NCBI GenBank assembly: GCA_030653505.1
Contig: JAURZK010000185.1
Location: 13,807-77,806, forward strand
DNA from: Rubrivivax sp.
GTDB lineage: Bacteria; Pseudomonadota; Gammaproteobacteria; Burkholderiales; Burkholderiaceae_C
Reading direction: 5' to 3'
DNA: 64,000 nt
The notes beneath the pieces were generated by a model, which saw only the letters and a list, made by a program, of their open reading frames with translations, had not been told where the DNA came from and did not search any database. Positions 9,048 to 17,882 of the stretch are shown piece after piece. Numbering within the stretch: position 1 is the first letter of the stretch; each line of letters opens with the position of its first letter. The translations under genes were made by a program, and so were the position numbers.

Positions 9048-10412
9048 CTAGGTCTGGGATGTCGCCGCGGCGGCCAGCCACTGGCGCGCCGATGTCCGGT
9101 CCAGGGCCAACGCGCCAGAGACGAGCCGGTCCACATCGGCCCGCGCCTGGCCCCAGGCCAGGCAGTCCTGCAACTTGCTGCGCAGTTCGGCAAGGGTCAG
9201 CGGCGCCTCTGCCGAGCCGCGCAGCTGATCGACGCGGCGCTGCAAGGTCTGGCCGTCGCGCAAGGTCAGCGTGATGTCGGCCCAGCGAGGGAACGCCGGA
9301 CCATCGCCGCTGTCGTCGGTGCTGACCTGCACGAAGAAGGTCTGCGCTTCGGGGCGCTGCACGGCGGCATCGGTGAAGCTGGACAGCCGCACGTCGCCAT
9401 CCAACAGCGCCGCGGCCACGGCGTACTGCATCGAGAACTTCGCTTCGAGGCCGGTCTGGGGCCGTGTGTGGATCAGCGGCGTCAGTGCGCCTGCGCTGGT
9501 ACGCACGTGCACCGTCTGCACGTCAGCCAGCGCGAGGCCCTGTTCGGCACGCAGGTCGAGCACCCCATCCAGCGTGCGGTGTGTGGCGTAACACAACGGG
9601 TACTTCTTGACCTCGATGCCGCTGCTGATCAGCTCCAACGGGCCCTGCCCCAGCGTGGCCAATTGCGCCTGCAGCGACTCGCCATGGCCATACAGGTCCA
9701 CATAACCGAAGGCGTCGTCCAGCACACCCGGCGCGGCATCGAAGCCTTCGGCCGCGAGCAGTGCTGCACGCAGACCGGCGGCATTGCTGTGGCCGGCCTG
9801 GAAGGACTTGGCGTGGGTGCCGAAGTTGGCCCGCGTACCTGCGGCCTGCGCCACCGCCAGCCCGATGGCGTGGGTGGTGCGCGCAACGTCCAGGCGCAGC
9901 AAGCGGGCGCAGGCCACCGCCGCCGCGAGGGTGCCGATGCTGGCCGTGGAGTGCCAGCCGCGTGCATAGTGCTTCAGCGCCATGGCCTTGGACAGCTTGC
10001 AGATCACCTCGAAGCCCACGACATAGGCGCATACCAGCTCGGCGCCATCGGTATCGCTCGCTTCCGCCAGCCCCAGCAGCGCCGGCAGCAGCGCAATGCT
10101 CGGATGGCCGCGCAGCGGCGAGGTCACGTCGTCGAAGTCCAGCACATGCCCGGCCACGCCGTTGCACAGCGCGGCCAGCTCCAGCGGCAGTCGCTCGCCG
10201 CTGCCCCAATGGCTGGCGGCCCGCCCTGGCGCGGGCAATGCGCTGGCGCGGGCGTATTGCAGTGCCAGTTGCGAGGCCGGCTCGTGACACCCGGCGATGG
10301 CGCAGGCATAGGTGTCTACGAGCGCGCGCCCGGTGGCGTGAAGCAGATCGGCCGTCAGCTGCCGGGTCTGGAAGCCGCAGGCGAAGTGGGCGATACGTTC
10401 GGCTGCCTTCAT
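9048..10412 (-). CDS. MmgE/PrpD family protein
   Basis: NGVAGHVLDFDD, GHPS, RGWHST, K.FQAG, K.YPLCYATH motifs. Confidence 0.92.
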   Translation of the reverse strand: MKAAERIAHFACGFQTRQLTADLLHATGRALVDTYACAIAGCHEPASQLALQYARASALPAPGRAASHWGSGERLPLELAALCNGVAGHVLDFDDVTSPLRGHPSIALLPALLGLAEASDTDGAELVCAYVVGFEVICKLSKAMALKHYARGWHSTASIGTLAAAVACARLLRLDVARTTHAIGLAVAQAAGTRANFGTHAKSFQAGHSNAAGLRAALLAAEGFDAAPGVLDDAFGYVDLYGHGESLQAQLATLGQGPLELISSGIEVKKYPLCYATHRTLDGVLDLRAEQGLALADVQTVHVRTSAGALTPLIHTRPQTGLEAKFSMQYAVAAALLDGDVRLSSFTDAAVQRPEAQTFFVQVSTDDSGDGPAFPRWADITLTLRDGQTLQRRVDQLRGSAEAPLTLAELRSKLQDCLAWGQARADVDRLVSGALALDRTSARQWLAAAATSQT

Positions 10413-11629
10413 TGCAGCACCCCCTGCGCCCGGAGCGCGTCGATCTCGCCCGGTGTCAGCGCCAGAAGCTCGCGCAGCACCTCATCGGTGTGCTGGCCCA
10501 GCAGCGGCGCGGGCCTGTTCGGCAACCCCGGCGTGCGCGACAGGCGGGCGGGCAGGGCGTTGTAGACCGTGCGGCCCATCTCCGGATGGTCCAGATACAC
10601 CCAATGGCCGCGTGCCTGCAACTGAGAATCGCGGAGCAGTACGTCCGCCGCGTCCTGCACCGGGCCCGCGGACACGCCCAGCGCCTGCAGTCGTTGCGCC
10701 AGCTGCCCTGCGTCATGCAGGGCCGTGCAGCGGGCCAGGGCGGCGTCCAGAGCCTCGCAGTGCTGCCAGCGCGCCGTGGCGCTGGCGAAGCGTGTGTCCT
10801 GCGCCAACTCGGGCGCTTCCAGCACCTGCAGCAGCGCTTGCCAGGCGGCGTCGCCGGGCGCCGAGAGGGCGATCCAGCGGTCGTGTCCTTGTGTCGGGTA
10901 CACGCCGTGCGGCGCGCCTGCGAGATGCCGGTTGCCCACCCGCTCGGCCACTCGGCCGTTGGCGGTGTAGTCCAGCACGGCCGGGCCCAGCAGCGAGATG
11001 GTGGGCTCGATCTGCGCCACGTCTATGAACTGCCCCTCCCCGGTACGGCGACGGTGCCGCAGGGCGGCCAGCACGGCAAAGGCCGCGTGGGTGGGGTTGG
11101 GCACGTGGTCGGGGAAGTTCGTGCCCGTGCCTGCGGGCTGCTGGTCGGGCAGGCCACACAGGTGGTGCAGGCCGGTGACCGCACCCATGGTCAGTCCGTA
11201 GCCCAGGTAGTTGGCCTCCGGGCCGGTCTGGCCGTGCATCGACATCGAGACATAGACGATGTCCGGCTTCATTTCGCGCACGGCCTCGTAGCCCAGGCCG
11301 AACTTCTCCATCGTGCCCGGGGTGAAGTTGTTCGCCACCACGTCGCTCCGAGCAACGAGCTGGCGCGCCAGCCTCTGGCCGGCTGCGGTCTTGAGGTTCA
11401 GCGTGACACTGCGCTTGCTGGAGTTGCGATCGGCGAAGTAGCCGCTGCGGTTGACGCCGCGCACACCGTCCTTGAACGGCTTGGCGTCGCGCAAGGTGTC
11501 CAGACGTTCCGCACTTTCAACCTTGATCACGTCGGCCCCGAAGTCGCCCAGGATCTTGGTCGTGTAGGAGCCGGCGCCTATCCAGGTGAAGTCGGCCACG
11601 CGGATGCCGGCCAGCGGAAAGGGCTTCAT
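10409..11629 (-). CDS. CaiB/BaiF family III CoA-transferase subunit (lacks the usual active-site Asp)
   Basis: PLAGIRVADFTW..AG....ILGDFGADVIKVE, NSSKRSVTLNLK, NFTPGTMEKFGLGY; start is ATG 11629 with ATGA overlaps on both sides. Confidence 0.9.
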   Translation of the reverse strand: MKPFPLAGIRVADFTWIGAGSYTTKILGDFGADVIKVESAERLDTLRDAKPFKDGVRGVNRSGYFADRNSSKRSVTLNLKTAAGQRLARQLVARSDVVANNFTPGTMEKFGLGYEAVREMKPDIVYVSMSMHGQTGPEANYLGYGLTMGAVTGLHHLCGLPDQQPAGTGTNFPDHVPNPTHAAFAVLAALRHRRRTGEGQFIDVAQIEPTISLLGPAVLDYTANGRVAERVGNRHLAGAPHGVYPTQGHDRWIALSAPGDAAWQALLQVLEAPELAQDTRFASATARWQHCEALDAALARCTALHDAGQLAQRLQALGVSAGPVQDAADVLLRDSQLQARGHWVYLDHPEMGRTVYNALPARLSRTPGLPNRPAPLLGQHTDEVLRELLALTPGEIDALRAQGVLQ

Positions 11630-12876
11630 GCGATCACGCCCTGGCGCAGGAGCACGGCCTGGACATCGGCGTCGTAACCCAGGGCGGCCAGCACTTCGGC
11701 GCTGTGCTCCCCCAGCCGCGGCGCGGGGCGACCCAGGCGCCACGGCGAGGCGGACAGGCGGTAAGGCGCGCCTGGCACGGTGAGCGTACGCCCGCTGTAG
11801 GGGTGAGGCGTCTGCTCGAAGTAGCCACGGTGGGCCAGTTGGCGGTTGTGCATCAGGTCGGCGGTGGTGCTCACTGGACAGATCGGGATGCGGCGCCGCT
11901 GGCCTTCGGCATACAGCTCGGCCTTGGGGTGTGCGGCCGCATAGGGCTCGAACACCTGCGCGAAGAGATCCTTGGCTTCGGCCGTTGCCAGGAAGCCGGC
12001 GTCGTGCCACCGCGGCTCGCGCAACTGGGCGGCCCCGGGGGCTTGCACGTCCGCCATCCATTGGGCCGTCACGTCCCAGAACTTGTTCGAAGCGATGCCG
12101 CCAGCCATGAGGTACACCATGCCGTCGCTGCACGGAAACACGCCGGTGCCGGCCTGGCGTTGCTGACCCGCATTGCGCTGGCGCACGGTGTTCTCCAGTT
12201 CGACGAACTGCACGGCGTTCTCCAGCGCCATGGCCACACTTTCCTGCACAGACACGTCCACGTGCTGGCCTTGGTGCTCGCCGGCTTGTCCTTCGACGTC
12301 CCATAGCGCCACCATCGCGGCCACGGCCGCGAACTGCGCGGCGGCCAGCAGCGCCTGGTTGCCATAAGGGGCGGTCGGCGCCAGGCCGGGGTAGCCGCCC
12401 AGCGACAGCAGGCCGCCGTAGGCCAGCGCCACCAGGTCGCCGCCTTCGTACTGCGCATACGGGCCGTCTTGCCCGAAGGTCGTGATGCTGGTGGTCACGA
12501 TGCCGGGCTGCAGGTGGGCCAAGGCGGCGTGATCCAGGCCGCGCGCTTGCATCCGGCCGGGCCGTTCGCACTCGATCACCAGGTCCGCGTGTTGAACCAG
12601 CGCGCGAAAGATCTCTTGCCCCTGCGCTTCGTCCAGATCCAATGCCACGCCGCGCTTGCCCTGGTTGAAATAGGCAAAGCCAAGGCTGTGTTCGGGGTGG
12701 ACGTGGTCGTCGAGAAAGGGACCCTCGCGCCGGCCCGCACAGCCCGTGGGTGGCTCGACCAGCAGCACATCGGCACCGAGTTGCGCGAACAGCTTGCCGC
12801 AGTACTGCTCGCTGCCCTGAGCGAGATCGAGTACCCGGATACCCGAGAGCGGGCCTGAAGCGGATGGCGATGTCAT
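11626..12876 (-). CDS. CaiB/BaiF family III CoA-transferase subunit
   Basis: PLSGIRVLDL...CGKLFAQLGADV..VEPP, NQGKRGVALDL, FGQDGPYAQYEGGDL; start is ATG 12876. Confidence 0.9.
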   Translation of the reverse strand: MTSPSASGPLSGIRVLDLAQGSEQYCGKLFAQLGADVLLVEPPTGCAGRREGPFLDDHVHPEHSLGFAYFNQGKRGVALDLDEAQGQEIFRALVQHADLVIECERPGRMQARGLDHAALAHLQPGIVTTSITTFGQDGPYAQYEGGDLVALAYGGLLSLGGYPGLAPTAPYGNQALLAAAQFAAVAAMVALWDVEGQAGEHQGQHVDVSVQESVAMALENAVQFVELENTVRQRNAGQQRQAGTGVFPCSDGMVYLMAGGIASNKFWDVTAQWMADVQAPGAAQLREPRWHDAGFLATAEAKDLFAQVFEPYAAAHPKAELYAEGQRRRIPICPVSTTADLMHNRQLAHRGYFEQTPHPYSGRTLTVPGAPYRLSASPWRLGRPAPRLGEHSAEVLAALGYDADVQAVLLRQGVIA

Positions 12877-12952
12877 GTTGGCGCTGGCATGGGGTTGCGG
12901 CGCATCGTAGGCGCGCGCCTCGTCGAGAACAACCGGGCAAGGGCGCTCGAGT

Positions 12953-13036
12953 GTCCACATAGTGATATTTGCTGTTCCGGCAGCGCAGCGCCGGGTCGCA
13001 GATTTGCGTGTGCAGTTGTTATTCCAGTATGTGGAC
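12953..13036. promoter_or_regulatory. Two copies of a 15-bp operator-like motif in the divergent promoter region
   Basis: GTCCACATAGTGATA at 12953-12967 and TTCCAGTATGTGGAC at 13022-13036; the same motif recurs at 17760, 17849, 19673 and 35150. Confidence 0.55.
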
Positions 13037-13109
13037 TTGTTTATGACCCCAATCCACTCGCGCTGCGCCTGGCCTGTCCCACACTCGATGCACAACAACG
13101 GAGACAAAC

Positions 13110-14093
13110 GTGAAGCACACCCTGAACACCGGTCGGCGCATCGTGCTGGGCGCGGCTCTCGCGGCGACGCTGGCTGCATCGGCCCCCGCGCAAGCGCAGG
13201 ACTTCCCGAACAAGCCCATACGCCTCATCGCCCCCTTTGCCGCCGGCGCCAGCACCGACTTCCTGGCCCGTACCGTGGCGCAGTCCATGAGCAAGGAACT
13301 CGGGCAGCAGGTGGTGGTCGAGAACAAGCCGGGTGCCGGTGGCATGCTGGCCGCCGAACTGGTGGCGCGCTCGGCGCCGGACGGCTACACCTTCCTGCTG
13401 ACCTCGGCCGGCATCGTGACGATGAACCAGCACATCTATGCGAAGCTGCCCTACGACCCGATCAAGGACTTCACGCCGCTGACCATCGCCGTGCGCATGC
13501 CCATCGTCACGGTGGTGAACCCCTCGGTGCCGGTGAAGAACCTGCATGAACTGCTGGCCTATGCGAAGGCCCATCCAGGCAAGTTGACCTATGGCTCGGC
13601 GGGCACCGGCACGTCGCAGCACCTGGCCGGTGAACTCTTCAAATCCATGGCCGATGTGGACCTGCTGCACGTGCCCTACCGCGGCGGCGGCCCGGCGATG
13701 ACCGACCTGCTGGCCGGGCAGATCGACATGATGTTCGTTCAGGTGCCTTCGGCATTGCCGCAGGTCAAGGCGGGCAAGGTGCGCGCCATTGCGGTAGGCA
13801 GCGACAAGCGCGACGCCAAGCTGCCCGACGTGCCTACCGTGGCCGAGGGCGGCGTGAAGGGCTACAACTCGGACACGTGGTACGGCTTCGTTCTGCCCGC
13901 CGGAGTACCCGCGCCAGTGGTTCAGAAGATGCACGCGGCCGTCGTGAAGGCCCTGAAGGAAAGCGAGCAGAAGCTGTCCGACCAAGGCTTCAACGTCGAT
14001 GGCGGCAGTGCCCGCGAGATGAGCGACACCATAGTCGCCGAATCGAAGAAGTGGGCGGTGGTCATCAAGGCCGCCAACATCAAGCCCGAGTGA
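13110..14093 (+). CDS. Bug/TctC tripartite tricarboxylate transporter substrate-binding protein
   Basis: Signal peptide; FPNKPIRLIAPFAAG..TD.LAR, VENKPGAGG, PDGYT, HVPYRGGGPA..DLLAGQ. Confidence 0.95.
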   Translation: MKHTLNTGRRIVLGAALAATLAASAPAQAQDFPNKPIRLIAPFAAGASTDFLARTVAQSMSKELGQQVVVENKPGAGGMLAAELVARSAPDGYTFLLTSAGIVTMNQHIYAKLPYDPIKDFTPLTIAVRMPIVTVVNPSVPVKNLHELLAYAKAHPGKLTYGSAGTGTSQHLAGELFKSMADVDLLHVPYRGGGPAMTDLLAGQIDMMFVQVPSALPQVKAGKVRAIAVGSDKRDAKLPDVPTVAEGGVKGYNSDTWYGFVLPAGVPAPVVQKMHAAVVKALKESEQKLSDQGFNVDGGSAREMSDTIVAESKKWAVVIKAANIKPE

Positions 14094-14107
14094 CCCACGC
14101 CGGCCCC

Positions 14108-15331
14108 ATGCATCACACGCACGACTTCCGTGCGGTGTGTTACCCGTTGCGGGTGTACAGCGGCGAGCATGCCTTGACAAGCTTGCACGGCGAGCTGGCA
14201 CGCGCAGGCGCGAAGCGCGCCCTGTTGCTGTGCGGCCGCAGCATCCGTGAGCGCAGCGACCTCGTCGAGCATGTGATGGGGCTGGCCGGAGGACGCATCG
14301 CCGCCGTCTGTGCCGACATCGGCGCCGGTGCGCCGCGCCACCAGGTGGAAGCCGCAGCCGTGCTGGCCGATGAGATGCAGGCCGACGCGCTCATCGCCGT
14401 GGGCGCGGGCAGCGTCACCAAGGCCGCACGGGTGGTCGCGGTGCGCCTGGCTGAAGACGGCCCGCTGGAAGCGCTTGCCACGCAGTACGACGCGCTGGGT
14501 CGCGGCCGCAGCACCCGCCTGCCGAACCCCAAGCTGCCGATCTTCAATGTGCTGACCGCCGCCACCAGCAGCCAGAACCGTGCGGGTGCTTCGATCCGCG
14601 ACGACGCGAACGGCCGTCAGCTCGAGTTCTTCGACCCCAAGACCCGACCGCGCGCCGTCTTCTGGGACGCCAAGGCGCTCTCGACCGCACCGCTGTCGCT
14701 GACGCGCGCTGCGGCGGGCATGGAGTACTGGTGGGCGTTGATGAACCTGGCCGGCGCAGGCGACGAGAACCCTCTGGTGCTGGCGAGCCGCCAACAGTGC
14801 TGGGCCATCGCCCGGGCCGCGATGCCCCGCATCGACGACCCGGCAGACTGGCGGGTGCGGGTCGACCTCTGCGCGGCGTCGCTGCTGCGCACGCGTGACG
14901 AGGACGACGGCGGCCTGCCTCTGGGCGTGGCCTCGGGCAGCCACGAGATGCGCATGCACCCCATCACCCGGGCCGTGTACATGCTGGCGCACAGCCTCTT
15001 CAACACCGGCACCGGCATCAGCCAGCCCGAAGCGACCCTGGCCCTGGCCGCGCCGGCCGTGCGCGTGTTCGGCGACCTCTGTCCCGATGTGGTTGCCGAC
15101 ATCGGCAGGATGCTGGAAGCCGGCGACGCGTCGGCCACCGGGGTGGCCCGTGCCCTCGAGGTCGAGTTCCACCGCTTCGGCTACACGCTGAACCTGCGCG
15201 CGGCCCGCGTGCCGCGCGACCGCGCGCAAGCCGTGATCGAGCACGCCTTGCGCACCTTCAACTGCAATGCCGATGGCTGGATGAACGACAAGGCCAAGCG
15301 CCTGCATCAGATGCTGGCCGAGGTCTTGTAA
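14108..15331 (+). CDS. Divergent iron-containing alcohol dehydrogenase / maleylacetate-reductase-fold protein
   Basis: P.RVYSG...L..L..EL, ADALIAVGAGS, RP.AVFWD...L...P; the metal-ligand motifs are degenerate. Start is ATG 14108. Confidence 0.7.
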   Translation: MHHTHDFRAVCYPLRVYSGEHALTSLHGELARAGAKRALLLCGRSIRERSDLVEHVMGLAGGRIAAVCADIGAGAPRHQVEAAAVLADEMQADALIAVGAGSVTKAARVVAVRLAEDGPLEALATQYDALGRGRSTRLPNPKLPIFNVLTAATSSQNRAGASIRDDANGRQLEFFDPKTRPRAVFWDAKALSTAPLSLTRAAAGMEYWWALMNLAGAGDENPLVLASRQQCWAIARAAMPRIDDPADWRVRVDLCAASLLRTRDEDDGGLPLGVASGSHEMRMHPITRAVYMLAHSLFNTGTGISQPEATLALAAPAVRVFGDLCPDVVADIGRMLEAGDASATGVARALEVEFHRFGYTLNLRAARVPRDRAQAVIEHALRTFNCNADGWMNDKAKRLHQMLAEVL

Positions 15332-15362
15332 GCCTGTCCTTCACGACCCCCAAGGAGAACCG

Positions 15363-16343
15363 ATGAACCGTCATACCTTCTTGCGCTCGCTTACCGCCTG
15401 CGCTGCCTGGACGCTGGTTGCTGGCACGGCCGCTGCGCAGACCTTCCCGAGCCGACCGATCAAGATGATCGTGCCCTTCAACGCTGGTGCTTCGGTGGAC
15501 ACGATCGCGCGCCACATGGCACAGCTGATGGCCAAGAAGCTGAACCAGACGGTGGTGGTCGAGAACCGTCCCGGCGCCAACGCCGCCATCGCCGCGCAGG
15601 CCGTAGCCAATGCGCCGGCCGACGGCTACACGATCTTCTTCGCCTCGGACTCTGCGCTGGTGTTGAACGGCCTGCTGTACAAGAAGCTGGCCTATGACGC
15701 CGAGCGCGACTTCACGGCGGTGGCACTGGGCGCCAATGTGCCGCTGGTGATGCTCGTGAACGCCTCATTGCCGGTCACCAACCTGAAGGAGTTCGTCGCC
15801 TACGGCAAGCAGAACCCGGGCATATTGAATTACAGCTCCACAGGCACCGGCGGTGCCTTCCACTTGGCGGGCGAGATGTTCTCGCAGGCCGCGGGCATCG
15901 ACATGACTCACATCCCCTTCACTGGCGGCGCGCCGGCCTTGCAGGCGCTGCTCGGCGGTCAGGTGCAGGTCATGTTCGGCATCGTCGGTTCATCGCTGCC
16001 GCACGTGCGTGCAGGCAAACTGCGGGCCCTGGCGCTGGTCACCAAGGAGCCGGTCAATGTGCTGCCCGGTGTGCCCACGCTTCACGGCAGTGGCTACCCA
16101 GGCCTGGAGGCCATGGTGCGTTATGGCCTCGTCGTCCACAAGAAGACAACCCCCGAGGTGCTTGCGGTGCTGAGTGAGGCCGCCAATCACGCGCTGGCCG
16201 ATGCCGGCTACCGCGAGAAGTTAACCGGTGAAGGGTACCTGGTGCCTGAACCGCACAAACCTGCGGTCTTTGACCAGAATCTGGCCGCCGACCGCACACG
16301 CTGGCAGGCACTGATCAAGTCGCGCAACATCAGCCTCGAGTGA
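15363..16343 (+). CDS. Bug/TctC substrate-binding protein
   Basis: FPSRPIKMIVPFNAG, VENRPGANA, ADGYT, HIPFTGGAPA.QALLGGQ. Confidence 0.95.
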   Translation: MNRHTFLRSLTACAAWTLVAGTAAAQTFPSRPIKMIVPFNAGASVDTIARHMAQLMAKKLNQTVVVENRPGANAAIAAQAVANAPADGYTIFFASDSALVLNGLLYKKLAYDAERDFTAVALGANVPLVMLVNASLPVTNLKEFVAYGKQNPGILNYSSTGTGGAFHLAGEMFSQAAGIDMTHIPFTGGAPALQALLGGQVQVMFGIVGSSLPHVRAGKLRALALVTKEPVNVLPGVPTLHGSGYPGLEAMVRYGLVVHKKTTPEVLAVLSEAANHALADAGYREKLTGEGYLVPEPHKPAVFDQNLAADRTRWQALIKSRNISLE

Positions 16344-16356
16344 GGGTGGCCAAGGC

Positions 16357-16947
16357 ATGATTGGCGAGGACCCCACACGCACCCCGATCCACGCGCGTGA
16401 CGTGCAGTTCCGCAGTTACTTGCGCCAGGACGGCCTGTGGGACATCGAGGCAACGCTGCTGGACACCAAAGCCTACGACCAGGTGGCCATCGAGCGCGGC
16501 GCGCTGCTGGCGGGCACGCCCATCCACCACATGCACATCCGGCTGAGTATCGATGACAGCTTCACGGTGCGCGAAGTGCAGGTGGCGATGCCGGCCACCC
16601 CCTTCGGCGAATGTCAGCACACGCGCGCGCCACTGGATCTGCTGGTGGGCAGCTGCGTCGGCAGTGGATGGCGCAAGATCATCCAGGAGAAGATGGGCGG
16701 CGAGCGGGGCTGCACGCACCTGCGCGAACTGCTGGCCGGGATGGGCACGGTCGCCTTCCAGACTGTGGGCCGCCACCGCGCGCACCTGCGCAGGCAGGCC
16801 GGGTTGCCTGAACCCATTCAACTGACCCCGCGCCCGCCGCTGGGCGAATGCCTGGGATGGGCCTTTGACGGCGCCCCTATGCAGCGTTACCGGCCCGAGT
16901 TCTTCGGCTGGCGGCCGCCGGCGGCCCCTGTACCCTCGAGGGACTGA
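16357..16947 (+). CDS. DUF2889-family protein
   Basis: H.R......Y.R.DGLWDIEA.L.D.K, IHHMHIRL.ID, PFGEC, GCTHL.ELL motifs. Confidence 0.75.
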   Translation: MIGEDPTRTPIHARDVQFRSYLRQDGLWDIEATLLDTKAYDQVAIERGALLAGTPIHHMHIRLSIDDSFTVREVQVAMPATPFGECQHTRAPLDLLVGSCVGSGWRKIIQEKMGGERGCTHLRELLAGMGTVAFQTVGRHRAHLRRQAGLPEPIQLTPRPPLGECLGWAFDGAPMQRYRPEFFGWRPPAAPVPSRD

Positions 16948-17765
16948 GGGGTGGCGGGGGCCGCCTGCGCCTGGCGATCCACCAGTGCAGCCTCGATCGC
17001 ATCCACGGCTGTGCGCAGCAAGGCGGCAATGACCGCCGCGCGCTCCTCGTCGATGCGCGTGGCGACGCTGGACACACTGATGGCCGCCACGGGCTGGCCG
17101 CCGGGCGCACGAATGGCCATGGCCACGGTGCGCACATCGGGCAACTCGAGCACCTTGCTGAGCACATAGCCGCGGGTGCGGGCACGGGCCAAGCTGCGCC
17201 GCAGCACGGCCTCGGAATAGCGGGGGAATCGCTTGGTCGCGCGCTCGAGGTTGGCCCTGCAGACGCGGTCGAGTTCGATGTCGTCCATCGCGCTCAGGAT
17301 GGCTGTCGCGCCCCCACCCACCACCAGGGGTCGGCGCTTGCCCACGTCCAGCACATAAGCCTTGATCGGGGCATTGCCTTCGGTGCGGTCTGTGCACACC
17401 CCATCCAGCCCGGAGCGCTCGGTCAGGAATACGGTGTCGCCGCTGATCTCGGCAATGCGTTCCAGGTGCGGATGCACGATGTCTCGCAGCGCCAGTTGGG
17501 GCGAGGCCGCCAGCCCCATCTCGTACATCGCCGGGCCCAGGAAATAACGCCGGCTTCCGCCTTCTTGCCGCAGCAGACGTTCGGCCACCAAGGCCTGCAG
17601 CAGGCGGTGCGCCGTGGGGCGCTCCAGGCCGGCTGCGCGGTGAAGATCGGCCAGCCGCAGCCCCGAACGCCGTCCCGCGGCCACCAGGCGCATCAGCAGC
17701 GCCACACGCTCCACCACCTGGCTGCCGCTGCTGCGCGCAACCCGGGTGTCTTCCAACGCTTTCAT
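16887..17765 (-). CDS. IclR family transcriptional regulator
   Basis: GSQVVERVALLMR HTH, TAHRLLQALV, RY.LGP, TGDT-like SGDTVFL, effector domain with AAISVS; start is ATG 17765. Confidence 0.92.
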   Translation of the reverse strand: MKALEDTRVARSSGSQVVERVALLMRLVAAGRRSGLRLADLHRAAGLERPTAHRLLQALVAERLLRQEGGSRRYFLGPAMYEMGLAASPQLALRDIVHPHLERIAEISGDTVFLTERSGLDGVCTDRTEGNAPIKAYVLDVGKRRPLVVGGGATAILSAMDDIELDRVCRANLERATKRFPRYSEAVLRRSLARARTRGYVLSKVLELPDVRTVAMAIRAPGGQPVAAISVSSVATRIDEERAAVIAALLRTAVDAIEAALVDRQAQAAPATPQSLEGTGAAGGRQPKNSGR

Positions 17766-17863
17766 TATGTGGACCTCTTTCACAAGCCAGTCACGGCGCA
17801 AGGCATCACGCACTACCTATGATTCTGCCCTCACTCTCGGATCCGGCTGTCCATATGTCGGAA
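17760..17863. promoter_or_regulatory. Two operator-like motif copies, one overlapping the IclR start codon
   Basis: TTTCATTATGTGGAC at 17760-17774 covers the IclR ATG (17763-17765); GTCCATATGTCGGAA is at 17849-17863. Confidence 0.55.
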
Positions 17864-17882
17864 CACATTGCAGGGACACACC

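Noticed and set aside
8232-10565. Long antisense and alternate-frame ORFs (e.g. 777 aa here, 1035 aa at 30294, 805 aa at 40885, 716 aa at 55026)
   Set aside because: Shadow ORFs typical of high-GC DNA; they overlap genes with clear family motifs and have Arg/Ala/Gly-rich nonsense composition.
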